Of a stretch of DNA of 64,000 bases, positions 9,749 to 20,223 are shown one piece after another; within the stretch, counting starts at the first letter, position 1, and every line of letters starts with the position of its first letter. This stretch comes from an uncultured Candidatus Rokubacteria bacterium (GTDB taxonomy: Bacteria; Methylomirabilota; Methylomirabilia; Rokubacteriales; DASRDR01), in contig CAVPSB010000013.1 of assembly GCA_963708025.1 (NCBI GenBank), positions 224,001-288,000 on the forward strand, read 5' to 3'. Position numbers and translations under genes: made by a program. A model generated the notes under the pieces. The model did not search any database. It worked only from the letters and a program-made list of their open reading frames with translations, and was not told the DNA's origin.

Positions 9749-11001
9749 CGGGCGAAGAACGCGTCCAGCAGCTTCTGCTCCTCGGCCGCCGCCTGGGCCA
9801 CCGACTCCGCGACCGGCTGGCTCTTGATGGCGATGCGGTCGACCATGTCGATGAACAGCTTGCGCTGGGCGGTCTCGTTGACGAAGAACGTCACCTGCGA
9901 ATAGGCGAGGCCGCGGATGAACGCGCCGTACTTCGGATGGGTCCGGATGGCGTCCTTCTCGGCCACCGCCTTCCGCGCCGGCAGCTCGCCGACCTTCTCC
10001 AGCCACAGCTCCATCGCGGCCGGCGTGGTGATGAACCGGAGGAACTTCGCGGCCGCCTCCTTCTTGGGGCCCGTCGCCTTGGGCGTGATGCCGTTGACCC
10101 AGTACGAGGCGAAGTTGGAGCGCCGGCCCTCGTGGGCGGGCAGCTCGCCCACCGCGTAATCGAGCCCGGCCTGGCCGTCGAACGCGGCCAGCCGGAACGA
10201 GCCGTCGATGGTGAGCCCCGCCTTGCCCGACCGGAACGCGGTGACGCCGTCGGTGAGGAAGCCGAACTGGCTGACCTTCTGCCGGGCGACGAGGTCGGTG
10301 TACCACTGGACGGCCCGGGCGCCGGCCGGCCCGTTGTAGGCCACGCTCCGGCCGTCGGGGGAGTAGGGCTGGCCGCCCATCTGGCGGATCAGCACCTCGC
10401 GCAGCCAGTGGTGATCCTGCCCGCCCATGTCGAGCGCGATCCCCGCCTGGAGCAGGTTGCCGGCGGCATCCCGCTTGGTCATCTTCTTCGCCGCCTCGAT
10501 CAGCTCGTCGAGCGTCTGGGGCGCCCGGGCCGGGTCGAGGCCGGCCTCCTGCATCAGCTTCCGGTTCCAGAACAGGGCGAGCGAGCGCACCGCGGTCGGC
10601 AAGGCGTAGTACTGGCCGTCGACCCGCATCTGCTTCACGAGCGGGAAGAAGTCGCGCTCGATCTCGGCCGGGTCGAACAGCTCGGCCGGCAGGGGCTGCA
10701 GGAGCTTCGCCTTCAGGTAGTCGTGCAGCCAGCCGTAGAAGAGCTGCACCACGTCGGGCCCCTGGCCGGCGGGGATGGCGGCGGCGATCTTCAGGCGGAA
10801 GTCGTCGTACGGCACGTGGGTGTGCTTGACCTTGATGCCGGGATTCTCCGCCTCGAAGCGCTTGATCAGCTCGTCGATGGCCTGCACGCGCTGGGCGAAG
10901 GTGTACTGCCAGTACTCGATCTCGACCGTCTGGGCGGGCGCGGTCCCGGCGATCGCCAGGGTGACGCTGAAGGCGGCCCCCAACAGGATGCGCTTGATCA
11001 T
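9745..11001 (-). CDS. Extracellular solute-binding protein (sugar-type, SBP family 1)
   Basis: Signal peptide, FEAENPGIKV, AGQGPDVV. Confidence 0.9.
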   Translation of the reverse strand: MIKRILLGAAFSVTLAIAGTAPAQTVEIEYWQYTFAQRVQAIDELIKRFEAENPGIKVKHTHVPYDDFRLKIAAAIPAGQGPDVVQLFYGWLHDYLKAKLLQPLPAELFDPAEIERDFFPLVKQMRVDGQYYALPTAVRSLALFWNRKLMQEAGLDPARAPQTLDELIEAAKKMTKRDAAGNLLQAGIALDMGGQDHHWLREVLIRQMGGQPYSPDGRSVAYNGPAGARAVQWYTDLVARQKVSQFGFLTDGVTAFRSGKAGLTIDGSFRLAAFDGQAGLDYAVGELPAHEGRRSNFASYWVNGITPKATGPKKEAAAKFLRFITTPAAMELWLEKVGELPARKAVAEKDAIRTHPKYGAFIRGLAYSQVTFFVNETAQRKLFIDMVDRIAIKSQPVAESVAQAAAEEQKLLDAFFAR

Positions 11002-11023
11002 GGTCTCCCTCCCCTTCCCCTGC

Positions 11024-11199
11024 GAGCGTGTGAAGGAATCGGGTCCTCGGGTCCTCCGGCGCCCCCCTCCCCCCGGTGCCCGCCGGAGGGGCGGGACGTC
11101 GCCCACAGGCCGAAGGCCGTCCGATCGGCCGCAGGCCCTCGCCGTCCCGGCGATCCCGTCAAACGGGAGGGGGCTGGGGGGGTGGGCGGGAGGTCCCGA
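11024..11199 (-). repeat. Intergenic repeat family A copy
   Basis: Reverse-complement match to 1150-1314. Confidence 0.85.
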
Positions 11200-11379
11200 T
11201 CATTCTCGTCCGGCGCCCCGATGTTCCCAGACCCGCCGGCCGAGGTCAACACGCCCTCGCCGCGCCCCCGGGGCGACTTGACCGCCTCGCCCGTTCCCCG
11301 GTACGATCGCTGTCACCCCGTACCAGCACGTGGCCGGAGTCGGCCTGGAACGAGTGGATCTTCACCCGGGGAGGACCCC

Positions 11380-12405
11380 ATGGGCAGCCGGCGTATTGCG
11401 CTGTTGACGGCCCTCGTCCTGCTTGCCTGTGCCGGCGGCGGTCCGGCCCAGGCCCAGTCCTTCTTCGAAGGCAAGACCATCCGCATCATCGTGGGCCTGG
11501 CCGCCGGGGGCGGCTTCGACACCTACGCCCGGGTGCTCGCCCGGCACCTCGGCAAGCAGATCCCCGGGAATCCCAGCATCGTCGTCGAGAACATGACCGG
11601 GGCCGGCAGCCTCATCTCGGTCAATCACCTGTACAAGGTCGCCAAGCCGGATGGTCTCACGGTGGGGCACTTCAACGGGATTCTCCTGATGGGCCAGGTC
11701 CTGGGGCAGCCCGGGGTCGAGTTCGACGCGCGAAAGTTCGAGTTCGTCGGCGCCGCCGCCAGGGAGGACGTGGCCTGCGGGGTGACCAAGGCCAGTGGCA
11801 TCACTAGCATCGAGAAGTGGATGGCCGCCAAGACCCCCGTCAAGCTGGGAGGCGTCGCCCCGGGGGCCTCGCCTGACAACACGGCCAGGATCCTGAGATC
11901 GGCGCTCGGGCTTCCCATCCAGGTCGTCACGGGGTTCAAGGGCACCTCCGAGATCCGTCTGGCCGCCGACGGCGGCGAGCTGGCCGGGAGCTGCTGGGCC
12001 TGGGACTCCATGAAGGCGACCTGGCGCGCGGCCCTGGACTCGGGTGAGGTCGTCGTGGTCCTGCAGGGGGTGCCCAAGGCGTTCCCGGATCTCGCCGGCG
12101 TCCCCCTGGCCATGAGCCTGGCCAAGACCGACGAGGGGCGCCGCCTGATCGAGGTGGGCATCCACCACGCCGGGGCCTTCGCCCGCCCGTTCGCGCTCCC
12201 TCCCGGCACCCCCAAGGACCGGGTCCAGACCTGGCGCCGCGCCTTCGAGGAGACGCTGAAGGACAAGGCCTTCCTGGCGGAAGTGGAGAAGGCCCGGCTC
12301 GGACTCGCCCCCGTGACCGGCGAGGAGCTGGAGAAGATGGTCGCTGACCTCTTCACGCTGGATGCGGGGCTGAGAGCCAAGCTGAAGGAGATCCTCTACA
12401 ACTAG
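11380..12405 (+). CDS. Tripartite tricarboxylate transporter substrate-binding protein (Bug/TctC)
   Basis: IIVGLAAGGGFDTYAR, VENMTGAG, PPGTPKDRV; TTGACC-18-TACGAT promoter candidate at 11278-11307. Confidence 0.9.
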   Translation: MGSRRIALLTALVLLACAGGGPAQAQSFFEGKTIRIIVGLAAGGGFDTYARVLARHLGKQIPGNPSIVVENMTGAGSLISVNHLYKVAKPDGLTVGHFNGILLMGQVLGQPGVEFDARKFEFVGAAAREDVACGVTKASGITSIEKWMAAKTPVKLGGVAPGASPDNTARILRSALGLPIQVVTGFKGTSEIRLAADGGELAGSCWAWDSMKATWRAALDSGEVVVVLQGVPKAFPDLAGVPLAMSLAKTDEGRRLIEVGIHHAGAFARPFALPPGTPKDRVQTWRRAFEETLKDKAFLAEVEKARLGLAPVTGEELEKMVADLFTLDAGLRAKLKEILYN

Positions 12406-12406
12406 C

Positions 12407-12530
12407 GGGCGGGGCCGATGAGCGTCGCATCGCGTCGTCCTCGGTCGTCGCCGATCCTCGGCGTACTCGGAGTACGCCTGCGGTCGGCGACTCCCTGCGT
12501 CCTAGCGCTGCTCGCTCCTCGGCCCCGCCC
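12407..12530. repeat. Repeat family B copy 2
   Basis: Same TIRs and internal GGCGTACTCGGAGTACGCC hairpin as 7832-7976. Confidence 0.85.
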
Positions 12531-12751
12531 GGGAACTTGACTCACGTTGCCGGCGCCCTTCGCGGTCCGGCGTCCTCTGTCCCCGCCGCGCCCATGGCGA
12601 TCGCCGGGTGAATGCCGGTTGAGGGCGAGGCGCTTTCTGCGGTATCGTGCCCCCCGGGAGGGAGCCGGAGAGCGCGGATGAGCCGTGAGTTCTCGGTCCC
12701 GGGCGCCCAGTGGATCGGGCCCCGCCCTGTGCTCGTCGGCGAGGGCGACGC

Positions 12752-13429
12752 GTGACCAGTCCCGCAACGGGACCGGCGGCCGACCGGGCGGCGCTCTTCG
12801 ACCGCGTTCTCCAGCCGGAGCCCGGCCGGACGGCGCTCCTCGTCGTGGACATGCAGCGGGGCTTCCTGGACCCGGGGGCGGCGCTGGAGGTGCCCGCGGC
12901 CCGGGAGGCGGTGCCGACCCTTCGCCTGCTCCTCGACGGCTTTCGCCGAAAGCGGCTTCCGGTGGCGTTCACGGAGTTCGTGTACTCGCCGCGGGTCCCG
13001 CTGCTGGTGGGCGAGCTGCACCCGGAGCATCGCCCCGCCGAGCCGGGCCGCCCGCAGGGGTTCGGCTGGCCCTCCTCGTCGTGCCTGGAGGGCACCGCGA
13101 GCGCGGAGACGGTGCCCGATCTGGCGCCGGCGGCCGGCGAGCTGGTGGTGCGGAAGCACTGGTACGACGGCTTCGCGGGGACCGCGCTCGACGGCGCCCT
13201 GCGCGCGCGGGGGGTGACGTCGCTGGTCGTGGCCGGCACCATGACGGACATCTGCGTGCTGGCCACCGTCGTCGGGGCGTTCAATCGGGAATACCGGATC
13301 ACGGTGGTGGAGGACGCCGTGGCGACGCTGTGGCCGGAGATCCAGCAGGCGACCCTGGACATCATCCGGCGCGCGTACGGGCGTGTCGCAGCGGCGAAGA
13401 CGATCCTGGACGTCATCTCGGCCTGGTGA
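12752..13429 (+). CDS. Isochorismatase-family cysteine hydrolase
   Basis: VVDMQRGF, VRKHWYDGF, GTMTDICV (D-K-C triad). Confidence 0.9.
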   Translation: MTSPATGPAADRAALFDRVLQPEPGRTALLVVDMQRGFLDPGAALEVPAAREAVPTLRLLLDGFRRKRLPVAFTEFVYSPRVPLLVGELHPEHRPAEPGRPQGFGWPSSSCLEGTASAETVPDLAPAAGELVVRKHWYDGFAGTALDGALRARGVTSLVVAGTMTDICVLATVVGAFNREYRITVVEDAVATLWPEIQQATLDIIRRAYGRVAAAKTILDVISAW

Positions 13430-13452
13430 CTCAACCGAACGGAGGTGTGGAC

Positions 13453-14757
13453 ATGGCGGAGCGGTGGCAAGGCGAGCCGTGGGCGAAGGACATGTGGTGG
13501 AGCGGGAAGACGACCCGGCGGCGCTTCCTCGGGGTCGCGGCCAGCGCGGCTGGCGCCCTGGGGGCGACGATGCTGGTGCCGGCGCCGTGGCGCGAAGCCT
13601 TCGGGCAGGCCAAGCCGTACAAGATCGGGACGCTCCAGCCGCTCTCGGGGGCCGCGGCCGCGGGCGGGAAGACCGCGCTGGTCGGCACCCAGATGGCCGT
13701 GGACCGGACCAACAAGATGGGCGGTATCAACGGGCGGCCGATCGAGCTGATCATCGCCGACTACGAGTCGAAGCCCGACGTCGGACGGCGGAAGGCGGAG
13801 AAGCTCGCGGTCGAGGACATGGTCGACGCCCACGAGGGCGGCTTCCTGTCCAACGTCTGTCTGGCGTGCATGCCCGTCTTCGAGGAGCACAAGCTGGTCA
13901 ACATGATCGGCGTCTGCCTGGACACGACGATCACCACGACGAAGTGCAGCCGTTACACCTTCCGGCCCTTCGACTACGCGCCGGCCCAGGCCGTCGCCTT
14001 CGCGCCGTACCTGGTCGGCAAGCTGGGGAAGCGCTGGCACATCGCCTACGCGGACTACGCCTGGGGCCAGTCGACGCGGGATGCCTACGCCGAGCAGATC
14101 AAGAAGGCCGGCGGCGAGGTCGTCGGCGGCACCGGGATCCCGCTGGGGACGGCGGACATGACGGCGTTCCTCTCCAAGATCACCGGGAACTTCGACGGGC
14201 TCTTCGGCATCTTCTTCGGCAAGGACGGGGTGACGATCGGCAACCAGGCGTTCGATCTCGGCCTCACCAAGAAGTACAAGTGGGCCGGTGACGGCGCCAT
14301 CGCCGAGTCGACGAACCTACCCGCGCTGGGCAACAAGATCGAGGGGTTCGTCGGGATCAACCGCTACGTGCCGGTGCTGGAAGGGCCGCTCAACACACCG
14401 TACCACAAGAGGTTCTTCGACGACGCGGTGGCCCGGCTCAAGCAGATCGATCCCTCGGGGCCGCTGCCGGACCGCTACGTCCAGGCGAACTACGAGGCCA
14501 TGAACACCCTCAAGATCGGCATCCAGAAGTCGGGCTTCCAGGGCCGGCAGGACACGATGAAGCTCATCGAGGCGCTGGAAGGGCTCGAGATGAAGGAAAG
14601 CGACGACTTCCCGCAAGGCGACAAGACCCTCCGGAAGGAGGACCACCAGGCGTTCCTCCAGGAGTTCGTCTTCGAGATCAAGGGCGGCAAGCATCGCATC
14701 CTCGAGGTCGTATCCAAAGAGAAGACGATGTTTCCGCCGGCCTGCAAGTTCGCCTGA
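13453..14757 (+). CDS. Branched-chain amino acid-type ABC substrate-binding protein, Tat signal
   Basis: TRRRFLG Tat motif, KIGTLQPLSG, GGINGRPIELI. Confidence 0.9.
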   Translation: MAERWQGEPWAKDMWWSGKTTRRRFLGVAASAAGALGATMLVPAPWREAFGQAKPYKIGTLQPLSGAAAAGGKTALVGTQMAVDRTNKMGGINGRPIELIIADYESKPDVGRRKAEKLAVEDMVDAHEGGFLSNVCLACMPVFEEHKLVNMIGVCLDTTITTTKCSRYTFRPFDYAPAQAVAFAPYLVGKLGKRWHIAYADYAWGQSTRDAYAEQIKKAGGEVVGGTGIPLGTADMTAFLSKITGNFDGLFGIFFGKDGVTIGNQAFDLGLTKKYKWAGDGAIAESTNLPALGNKIEGFVGINRYVPVLEGPLNTPYHKRFFDDAVARLKQIDPSGPLPDRYVQANYEAMNTLKIGIQKSGFQGRQDTMKLIEALEGLEMKESDDFPQGDKTLRKEDHQAFLQEFVFEIKGGKHRILEVVSKEKTMFPPACKFA

Positions 14758-14758
14758 G

Positions 14759-15535
14759 GTGCCGCGCGAGGACGGCTCGGGGGCGGGGGGGTCGGCCCTC
14801 CGCCCCCTCCTCCGCGCCGACGGGCTGACCGTCCGGTTCGGTGGGCTCACCGCGCTCAACGGCGTGACGCTGTCGGTCATGCCGGGCGAGATCCGTGCCC
14901 TGATCGGGCCCAATGGCGCCGGCAAGAGCACGTTCTTCAACTGCGTCACCGGGGTGCTGCGGCCGACCGGCGGCCGCATCCTGCTCGACGGGGAGGACGT
15001 CACCGGGCTCCCGCCCGACCGCATCTCCCGGAAGGCGATCGCCCGCTCCTACCAGATCACGAATCTCCTCCCCGGCGCCACCGTGTTCGAGAACGTCCGG
15101 ATCGCCGCCCAGTCGCGCCGGGGGGGGTGGAGCCTGCTCCGGCACCACCGGGCGCTCCGGGACGTGAACGACCGCGCCCGGGCGGTGCTGGAGGCGGTCG
15201 GCCTCGCCGACAAGGAGGACGAGGTGGCAGCCAACCTTTCGCATGGCGAGCAGCGGAATCTCGAGATCGGCATCGCGCTCGCCACCGAGCCGAAGCTCCT
15301 GTGCCTGGACGAGCCGACGGCCGGCATGAGCGTCGCCGAGACACGCGCCACGGTCGAGCTGATCCGCCGGATCGCCCGGGACCTGACCATCCTGATCGTC
15401 GAGCACGACATGGAGGTCGTGATGGGGCTCGCGCGGACCATCACCGTGCTCCACTACGGCGAGGTGCTGGCCGAGGGCAGCCCGGCCGAGATCCAGGGCA
15501 ACCCCCGGGTCCAGGAGGTCTACCTGAAGACATGA
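14759..15535 (+). CDS. ABC ATP-binding protein (LivG-like)
   Basis: GPNGAGKS, LSHGE, LDEPTAG, VEHDM. Confidence 0.9.
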   Translation: MPREDGSGAGGSALRPLLRADGLTVRFGGLTALNGVTLSVMPGEIRALIGPNGAGKSTFFNCVTGVLRPTGGRILLDGEDVTGLPPDRISRKAIARSYQITNLLPGATVFENVRIAAQSRRGGWSLLRHHRALRDVNDRARAVLEAVGLADKEDEVAANLSHGEQRNLEIGIALATEPKLLCLDEPTAGMSVAETRATVELIRRIARDLTILIVEHDMEVVMGLARTITVLHYGEVLAEGSPAEIQGNPRVQEVYLKT

Positions 15536-15540
15536 CGACG

Positions 15541-15624
15541 TGGGAAGGTGCAGGTTCGTCCGACACCCCCCTCCCCCCGGTGGGTGGGGGAGGGGGGCTG
15601 GGGGGGTGGGAGGGAGGTCCCGAA
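15541..15624 (-). repeat. Intergenic repeat family A, short copy
   Basis: Ends GGGAGGTCCCGAA; matches 61308-61393 inverted. Confidence 0.75.
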
Positions 15625-15632
15625 CAATCCTG

Positions 15633-16340
15633 ATGCTGACGCTGAGCGACGTCCACGCCCACTACGGCAAGTCCCACGTCCTCCACGGCGTCTCGATCCA
15701 CGTCGGGCCGGGGGAGGTCGTGGGCATCCTCGGCCGGAACGGCGTCGGCAAGAGCACGACGCTCAAGACCATCCTGGGACTCGTGCGGGCCTCCGCCGGG
15801 CGGGTGACCTTCGACGGACACGACGTCACCAGCTGGGCACCCCACCGGGTAGCCCGGAAGGGCATCGCCTACGTTCCAGAAGACCGCCGGATCTTCCGGC
15901 TGCTCACGGTCCTCGAGAACCTCCGCACGGGCCTGGACCGCCCCGACGTCACGCCGGAGCGGCGGCAGGCGCTGCTGGACAAGGTCTACCGCCACTTCCC
16001 GGTGCTGCGGGAGCGCCGCGACCAGGCCGGCGGCACGCTCTCCGGCGGCGAGCAGCAGATGCTCGCGATCGCCCGCGCGATGATGCTCGAGCCGAAGATC
16101 GTCCTCCTCGACGAGCCGACCGAGGGCCTCATGCCGCGCATGGTCGCCCAGATCCGGGAGATCATCGACCTGCTCCGGACCGAAGGCGTGGCGATCCTGC
16201 TGGTGGAGCAGAACGTGCCGCTGACCCTGGCGGTGAGCGAGCGGGTCTACGTGATGGAGAAGGGCACCGTGCGCCACGAGGCCCCGGCGGAGGCCCTTCG
16301 CCGGGACGTCGCCGTGATCCACCAGTACCTCGGGGTCTAG
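15633..16340 (+). CDS. ABC ATP-binding protein (LivF-like)
   Basis: GRNGVGKS, LSGGEQQMLAIARA, VEQN. Confidence 0.9.
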   Translation: MLTLSDVHAHYGKSHVLHGVSIHVGPGEVVGILGRNGVGKSTTLKTILGLVRASAGRVTFDGHDVTSWAPHRVARKGIAYVPEDRRIFRLLTVLENLRTGLDRPDVTPERRQALLDKVYRHFPVLRERRDQAGGTLSGGEQQMLAIARAMMLEPKIVLLDEPTEGLMPRMVAQIREIIDLLRTEGVAILLVEQNVPLTLAVSERVYVMEKGTVRHEAPAEALRRDVAVIHQYLGV

Positions 16341-17204
16341 ATGCTCGACCTGCTCCTCGTCCAGCTCGTCAACGGCGTCGTGAGCGGCCTGATCCTCGCC
16401 CTGGTGGCGTCGGGGCTGACGCTGATCTTCGGCATCATGGACGTGGTCAACTTCGCCCACGGCGAGCTGTTCATGCTGGGCGCGTACGTGGGCACCACGC
16501 TCGTCCTGACGACGGGCAGCTTCTGGCTGGCGCTGGTGGGCGCGTCGGTGACCATCGCGCTGCTGGGGGCGCTGATGCAGGTGCTGGCCCTCCGGCCGCT
16601 CCTGGGGCGCGACCCCCTCACCACCATCCTGGCGACGTTCGGCCTCTCGCTCGTCCTCCAGAACTACGCCCTCTGGCAGTACGGCCCGGTCGCCCGCAAG
16701 ATCCCGGAGCCGTTCACGGGGCAGTTCCCGCTCTTCTACCTCCAGTACCCCTGGTACCGGATCATCATCGCGGCGCTGTCGGCGGCGATCATCGGTGCCC
16801 TGTGGCTCTTCCTGAAGTACGGGACCTACGGCATCTGGATCCGGGCGACCACGCAGGACCGCGTGATGGCGGCGGCGATGGGCATCCCGGTGCCGTGGGT
16901 GCACACCGGGGTGTTCGCGATCGGCGCCGCGATGGCCGCGGCCAGCGGGGTCCTCTTCGGTCCCCTGGTGGGCGTGAACCACGTGATGGGCGGCGACGTC
17001 ACCCTGCGGGCATTCATCGTGGTGGTCGTGGGGGGGATGGGCAACCTCGGCGGCTCGATCCTGGCCGCGATCTTCATCAGCCTGCTGGAGGCGGTCGCCT
17101 CCCTGTGGGTGAGCCCGGCCCAGGCGGTGATCGTCTCCTTCGTGGTGCTGATCCTCACCCTGCTCTTCCGGCCGACCGGCCTCTTCGTACCGACGCCAAA
17201 ATGA
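16341..17204 (+). CDS. ABC permease (LivH-like)
   Basis: GLTLIFGIMDVVNFAHGE. Confidence 0.9.
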   Translation: MLDLLLVQLVNGVVSGLILALVASGLTLIFGIMDVVNFAHGELFMLGAYVGTTLVLTTGSFWLALVGASVTIALLGALMQVLALRPLLGRDPLTTILATFGLSLVLQNYALWQYGPVARKIPEPFTGQFPLFYLQYPWYRIIIAALSAAIIGALWLFLKYGTYGIWIRATTQDRVMAAAMGIPVPWVHTGVFAIGAAMAAASGVLFGPLVGVNHVMGGDVTLRAFIVVVVGGMGNLGGSILAAIFISLLEAVASLWVSPAQAVIVSFVVLILTLLFRPTGLFVPTPK

Positions 17205-18154
17205 GCCGGCCCCGCGCGACGACCGCGCACTGGGTCGGGTTCGTGGTGGTGGTGGCGCTCCTGACGCTGGCGCCCCTGGTGCTGCCCCCGTTCTGGCGCC
17301 GGTTCCTGACGGAGATCCTGATCTGGGGTCTCCTGGCCATGTCGTCGGACGTGCTGATCGGCTACACGGGTATGCTCTCCTTCGGCCACTCCGCCTTCTT
17401 CGGCCTGGGGATGTACGGGGCGGCGGCCGCCCTCCTCGCCATCCGGCCGCCGAGCCTCTGGCTGGCCCTCGGCTTCGGGCTGGTCGCGGCCGCCGGCGTC
17501 GCCGTGTTCGTGGCGTACTTCGCGACGCGACTCCGCGACATCTACTTCTCGATCACGACGCTGGTGTTCTCGCAGATCTTCTACGTGATCATCTTCACCT
17601 GGACGGAAGTGACGGGCGGCGAGAACGGGCTCCAGTTCCGCCAGCCCCCGCTGTCCCTGGCGGGCTTCTCGGTGCCGTTCACTCCCCAGACGCTCCACTG
17701 GTTCGTGCTGGCCACCTTGGTCGCCTCCTACCTCCTCCTTCGCCGGATCACCCGCTCCCCGTTCGGGATGGTGCTCCAGGCGATTCGCGAGAACGAGCCA
17801 CGCACCCGGGCGATCGGCTACCCGGTGGAGCGCTACAAGGTGGTGGCCGTGATGCTCTCCGGCCTGTTCGCCGGCCTGGCCGGGGTCCTCTACGCGCTCC
17901 AGAACAAGTTCGCGGCGCCGGATTTCGTCTTCTTCGTCGTATCCGGCGAGGTGGTCATCTTCAACGTCATGGGCGGGATCGGGACGCTGGTGGGCCCAGT
18001 GGTGGGCGCCGGGTTCTTCTTCCTCCTCCGGGAGGCGTTCTCGCGCTACTTCACCGAGTACTACCTGATCCCCGTCGGCCTCATCTTCACGCTGATCGTC
18101 ATCTTCCTGCCCCAGGGGTTCCTCGGCTTCCTGCGGCAAACCCTCAACCGCTAA
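17201..18154 (+). CDS. ABC permease (LivM-like)
   Basis: GYTGMLSFGHSAFFG, TGGENG, AIRENE. Confidence 0.9.
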   Translation: MSRPRATTAHWVGFVVVVALLTLAPLVLPPFWRRFLTEILIWGLLAMSSDVLIGYTGMLSFGHSAFFGLGMYGAAAALLAIRPPSLWLALGFGLVAAAGVAVFVAYFATRLRDIYFSITTLVFSQIFYVIIFTWTEVTGGENGLQFRQPPLSLAGFSVPFTPQTLHWFVLATLVASYLLLRRITRSPFGMVLQAIRENEPRTRAIGYPVERYKVVAVMLSGLFAGLAGVLYALQNKFAAPDFVFFVVSGEVVIFNVMGGIGTLVGPVVGAGFFFLLREAFSRYFTEYYLIPVGLIFTLIVIFLPQGFLGFLRQTLNR

Positions 18155-18167
18155 GGGCCGGGGCCCG

Positions 18168-18977
18168 TCAGGCCGGGCGCTGGATCCGCCCCATCAGCCC
18201 CCGCTGGGGATCGTAGCCCACGGTGGCCAGCAGGAAGCAGAGCAGGAAGCACGCCGCGACCACGGCGACGGCCACCAGGTCGAGCTGGCCGTAGAGGGCG
18301 AACCGGATCAGCTCGACCGCGTGGGTGAACGGGTTGACGCGGGCCAGCTGGTAGACGACCTCGGCGCCGGACTCCTGCACCTTCCAGAGCGGGTAGAGGG
18401 CCGACGAGACGAAGAACATCGGGAAGATCACGAAGTTCATCGTGCCGGCGAAGTTCTCGAGCTGGCGGATGTGGACGGACAGGAGAAGGCCGACGGCGCC
18501 CAGCATCATGCCGCCGGCCAGCAAGGCGGGCAGGACCGAGAGCCAGCCCGGCCACGGGAGGTCCACGCGGAAGACGGCGCACAGCGCCAGGAACGCGTAG
18601 GCCTGGAGCACCGACAGCAGCGTCCCCGCCACGAGCTTGCAGAGCAGGAGATACCAGCGCGGGAGGGGCGCCGTCAGCAAGAGCCGCATGACGCCCATCT
18701 CCCGGTCGTAGACCATGGACAGCGACGACTGCATGCCGTTGAACAGGAGCACCATGCCGAGGAGACCGGGCACGACGTAGACCTCGTAGCGGATGTAGGT
18801 CTCGTAGGGCGGGATGATCGAGACCCCGAAGACGTTCTGAAAGCCGGCGGCGAAGACCAGCAGCCACAGCGTCGGCCGCACCACGGCCGAGACGAGCCGG
18901 CCCGTCTGGTGGACGAACTTCAGCACCTCGCGGCTCGAGACCGCGACCAGGCCCAGGAGGGCGTGCCTCGGGGTCAT
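18168..18977 (-). CDS. ABC permease of PQQ alcohol dehydrogenase-associated system (PedC-like)
   Basis: GMQSSLSMVYDREMG, QLENFAGTMNFVIFPMFF. Confidence 0.85.
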   Translation of the reverse strand: MTPRHALLGLVAVSSREVLKFVHQTGRLVSAVVRPTLWLLVFAAGFQNVFGVSIIPPYETYIRYEVYVVPGLLGMVLLFNGMQSSLSMVYDREMGVMRLLLTAPLPRWYLLLCKLVAGTLLSVLQAYAFLALCAVFRVDLPWPGWLSVLPALLAGGMMLGAVGLLLSVHIRQLENFAGTMNFVIFPMFFVSSALYPLWKVQESGAEVVYQLARVNPFTHAVELIRFALYGQLDLVAVAVVAACFLLCFLLATVGYDPQRGLMGRIQRPA

Positions 18978-18993
18978 GGACGACGGCCGGTCC

Positions 18994-20198
18994 TCAGGAC
19001 CGGCAGCGGCTCTCCGGCTGATCGAAGCCGAGCGTGTCGAGGACGTTCCGGGCGTGGAGGAAGCCGTCCAGCGGGGCCCGCTCGACCACCCAGTTCCCGG
19101 TCGTGAGGAAGAGCGGCTGCCGGAGCTGGCGGTCCCAGGCGCGGAAGCTCTGGCGGGCGCCCTTGAAGCCGTCCAGCGTGACCTGGTCGCCGACCAGGTA
19201 GGCCGCGACCGGGCGGGGCTCGGTGCTCTTCGTCCGGAGCACGGTCTCCACGATGGCCTTGACCGCCATCCAGGCCGACCAGTCGTACCCGGTCATGGGA
19301 CGCCGGGTGAGCCTGGCGAACCGGTTGTTGAGCTGGGGCGCCCCCTGGCGCTCCCACGCCCAGTGCCACCAGTCCGCCACCAGCCCCGCCGCCCCCACCA
19401 CCGGCCGGGGCTTCTGGACCTCGTACGGCACGTCCCGGGCGAACTCGCCGTCGGCCTCGACCACGACCACGACGTCGTAGTCGGCGCCGGCCGTGAGGAG
19501 CGCGACGTTGTTCTGGGCTCGGGCACGGGGATCCCGGTTCAGGACGAACGGCCGCGTGTCCACGACGTTGACCCCGAAGCGCTTGGCCGACCGCTGGAAC
19601 GCGGCGTGGACCTCGGCGTCCTCCGGGCCCGGTCCCTTCAGCACGAGGGCCTGGCGCCACTTCTTCGCCACCAGGAACTGCGCCAGGGCGTCCATCAGCA
19701 TGGCGTGGCTGGGGGCCACGTGGAAGAGGTGCGGCGCGCATCTCTCCTGCCGCAGGTTATCGGCGAGCGCCGTCAGGTTGAAGAGCAGGAGGTCGCGCCC
19801 GCGGGTCTTCTGGGCCAGCGCGGCGACGACCTCGCCCGGCGCGTCGAGGAGGAAGAAGCGGGCGCCGGCCCCGTGGAGCTGCTGGAGCGCCGCCGCCAGG
19901 CTGTCCGCGTCGGCGGCGGTGGCGCGCCGGAGCTCGAACTTCACCCCGGCGGCGGCGCCGGCGAAGTCGGACTCCTCGAGGGCGACGCGCGCGCCGTCGA
20001 ACGGCCGGCCCCAGGGCTGGGCCGGGTACCGGGCGGCGGTGTGCCGCTCCTCGTAGCGGGGGTCGTCCTCGAGCTCGAGATAGCCCATGAGGAGCGGAGG
20101 CGGCTCGCGCCGGCGCGCCGCCGGCAGCGAGCCAGCCGGCAGGCCGCGCGAGCGCCAGCCCGACCAGCGGCCAGGATCCCGAGGCCCGACCGGCCCAT
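18994..20198 (-). CDS. ABC substrate-binding protein of PQQ-ADH system (PedA1-like), frameshifted in the signal region
   Basis: DALAQFLVAKKWR, WERQGAPQLNNRF, SFRAWDRQLRQP, LDTLGFDQPESRC. Confidence 0.8.
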
Positions 20199-20223
20199 CG
20201 TCGACGCCTCGCCATGCGGCGCC

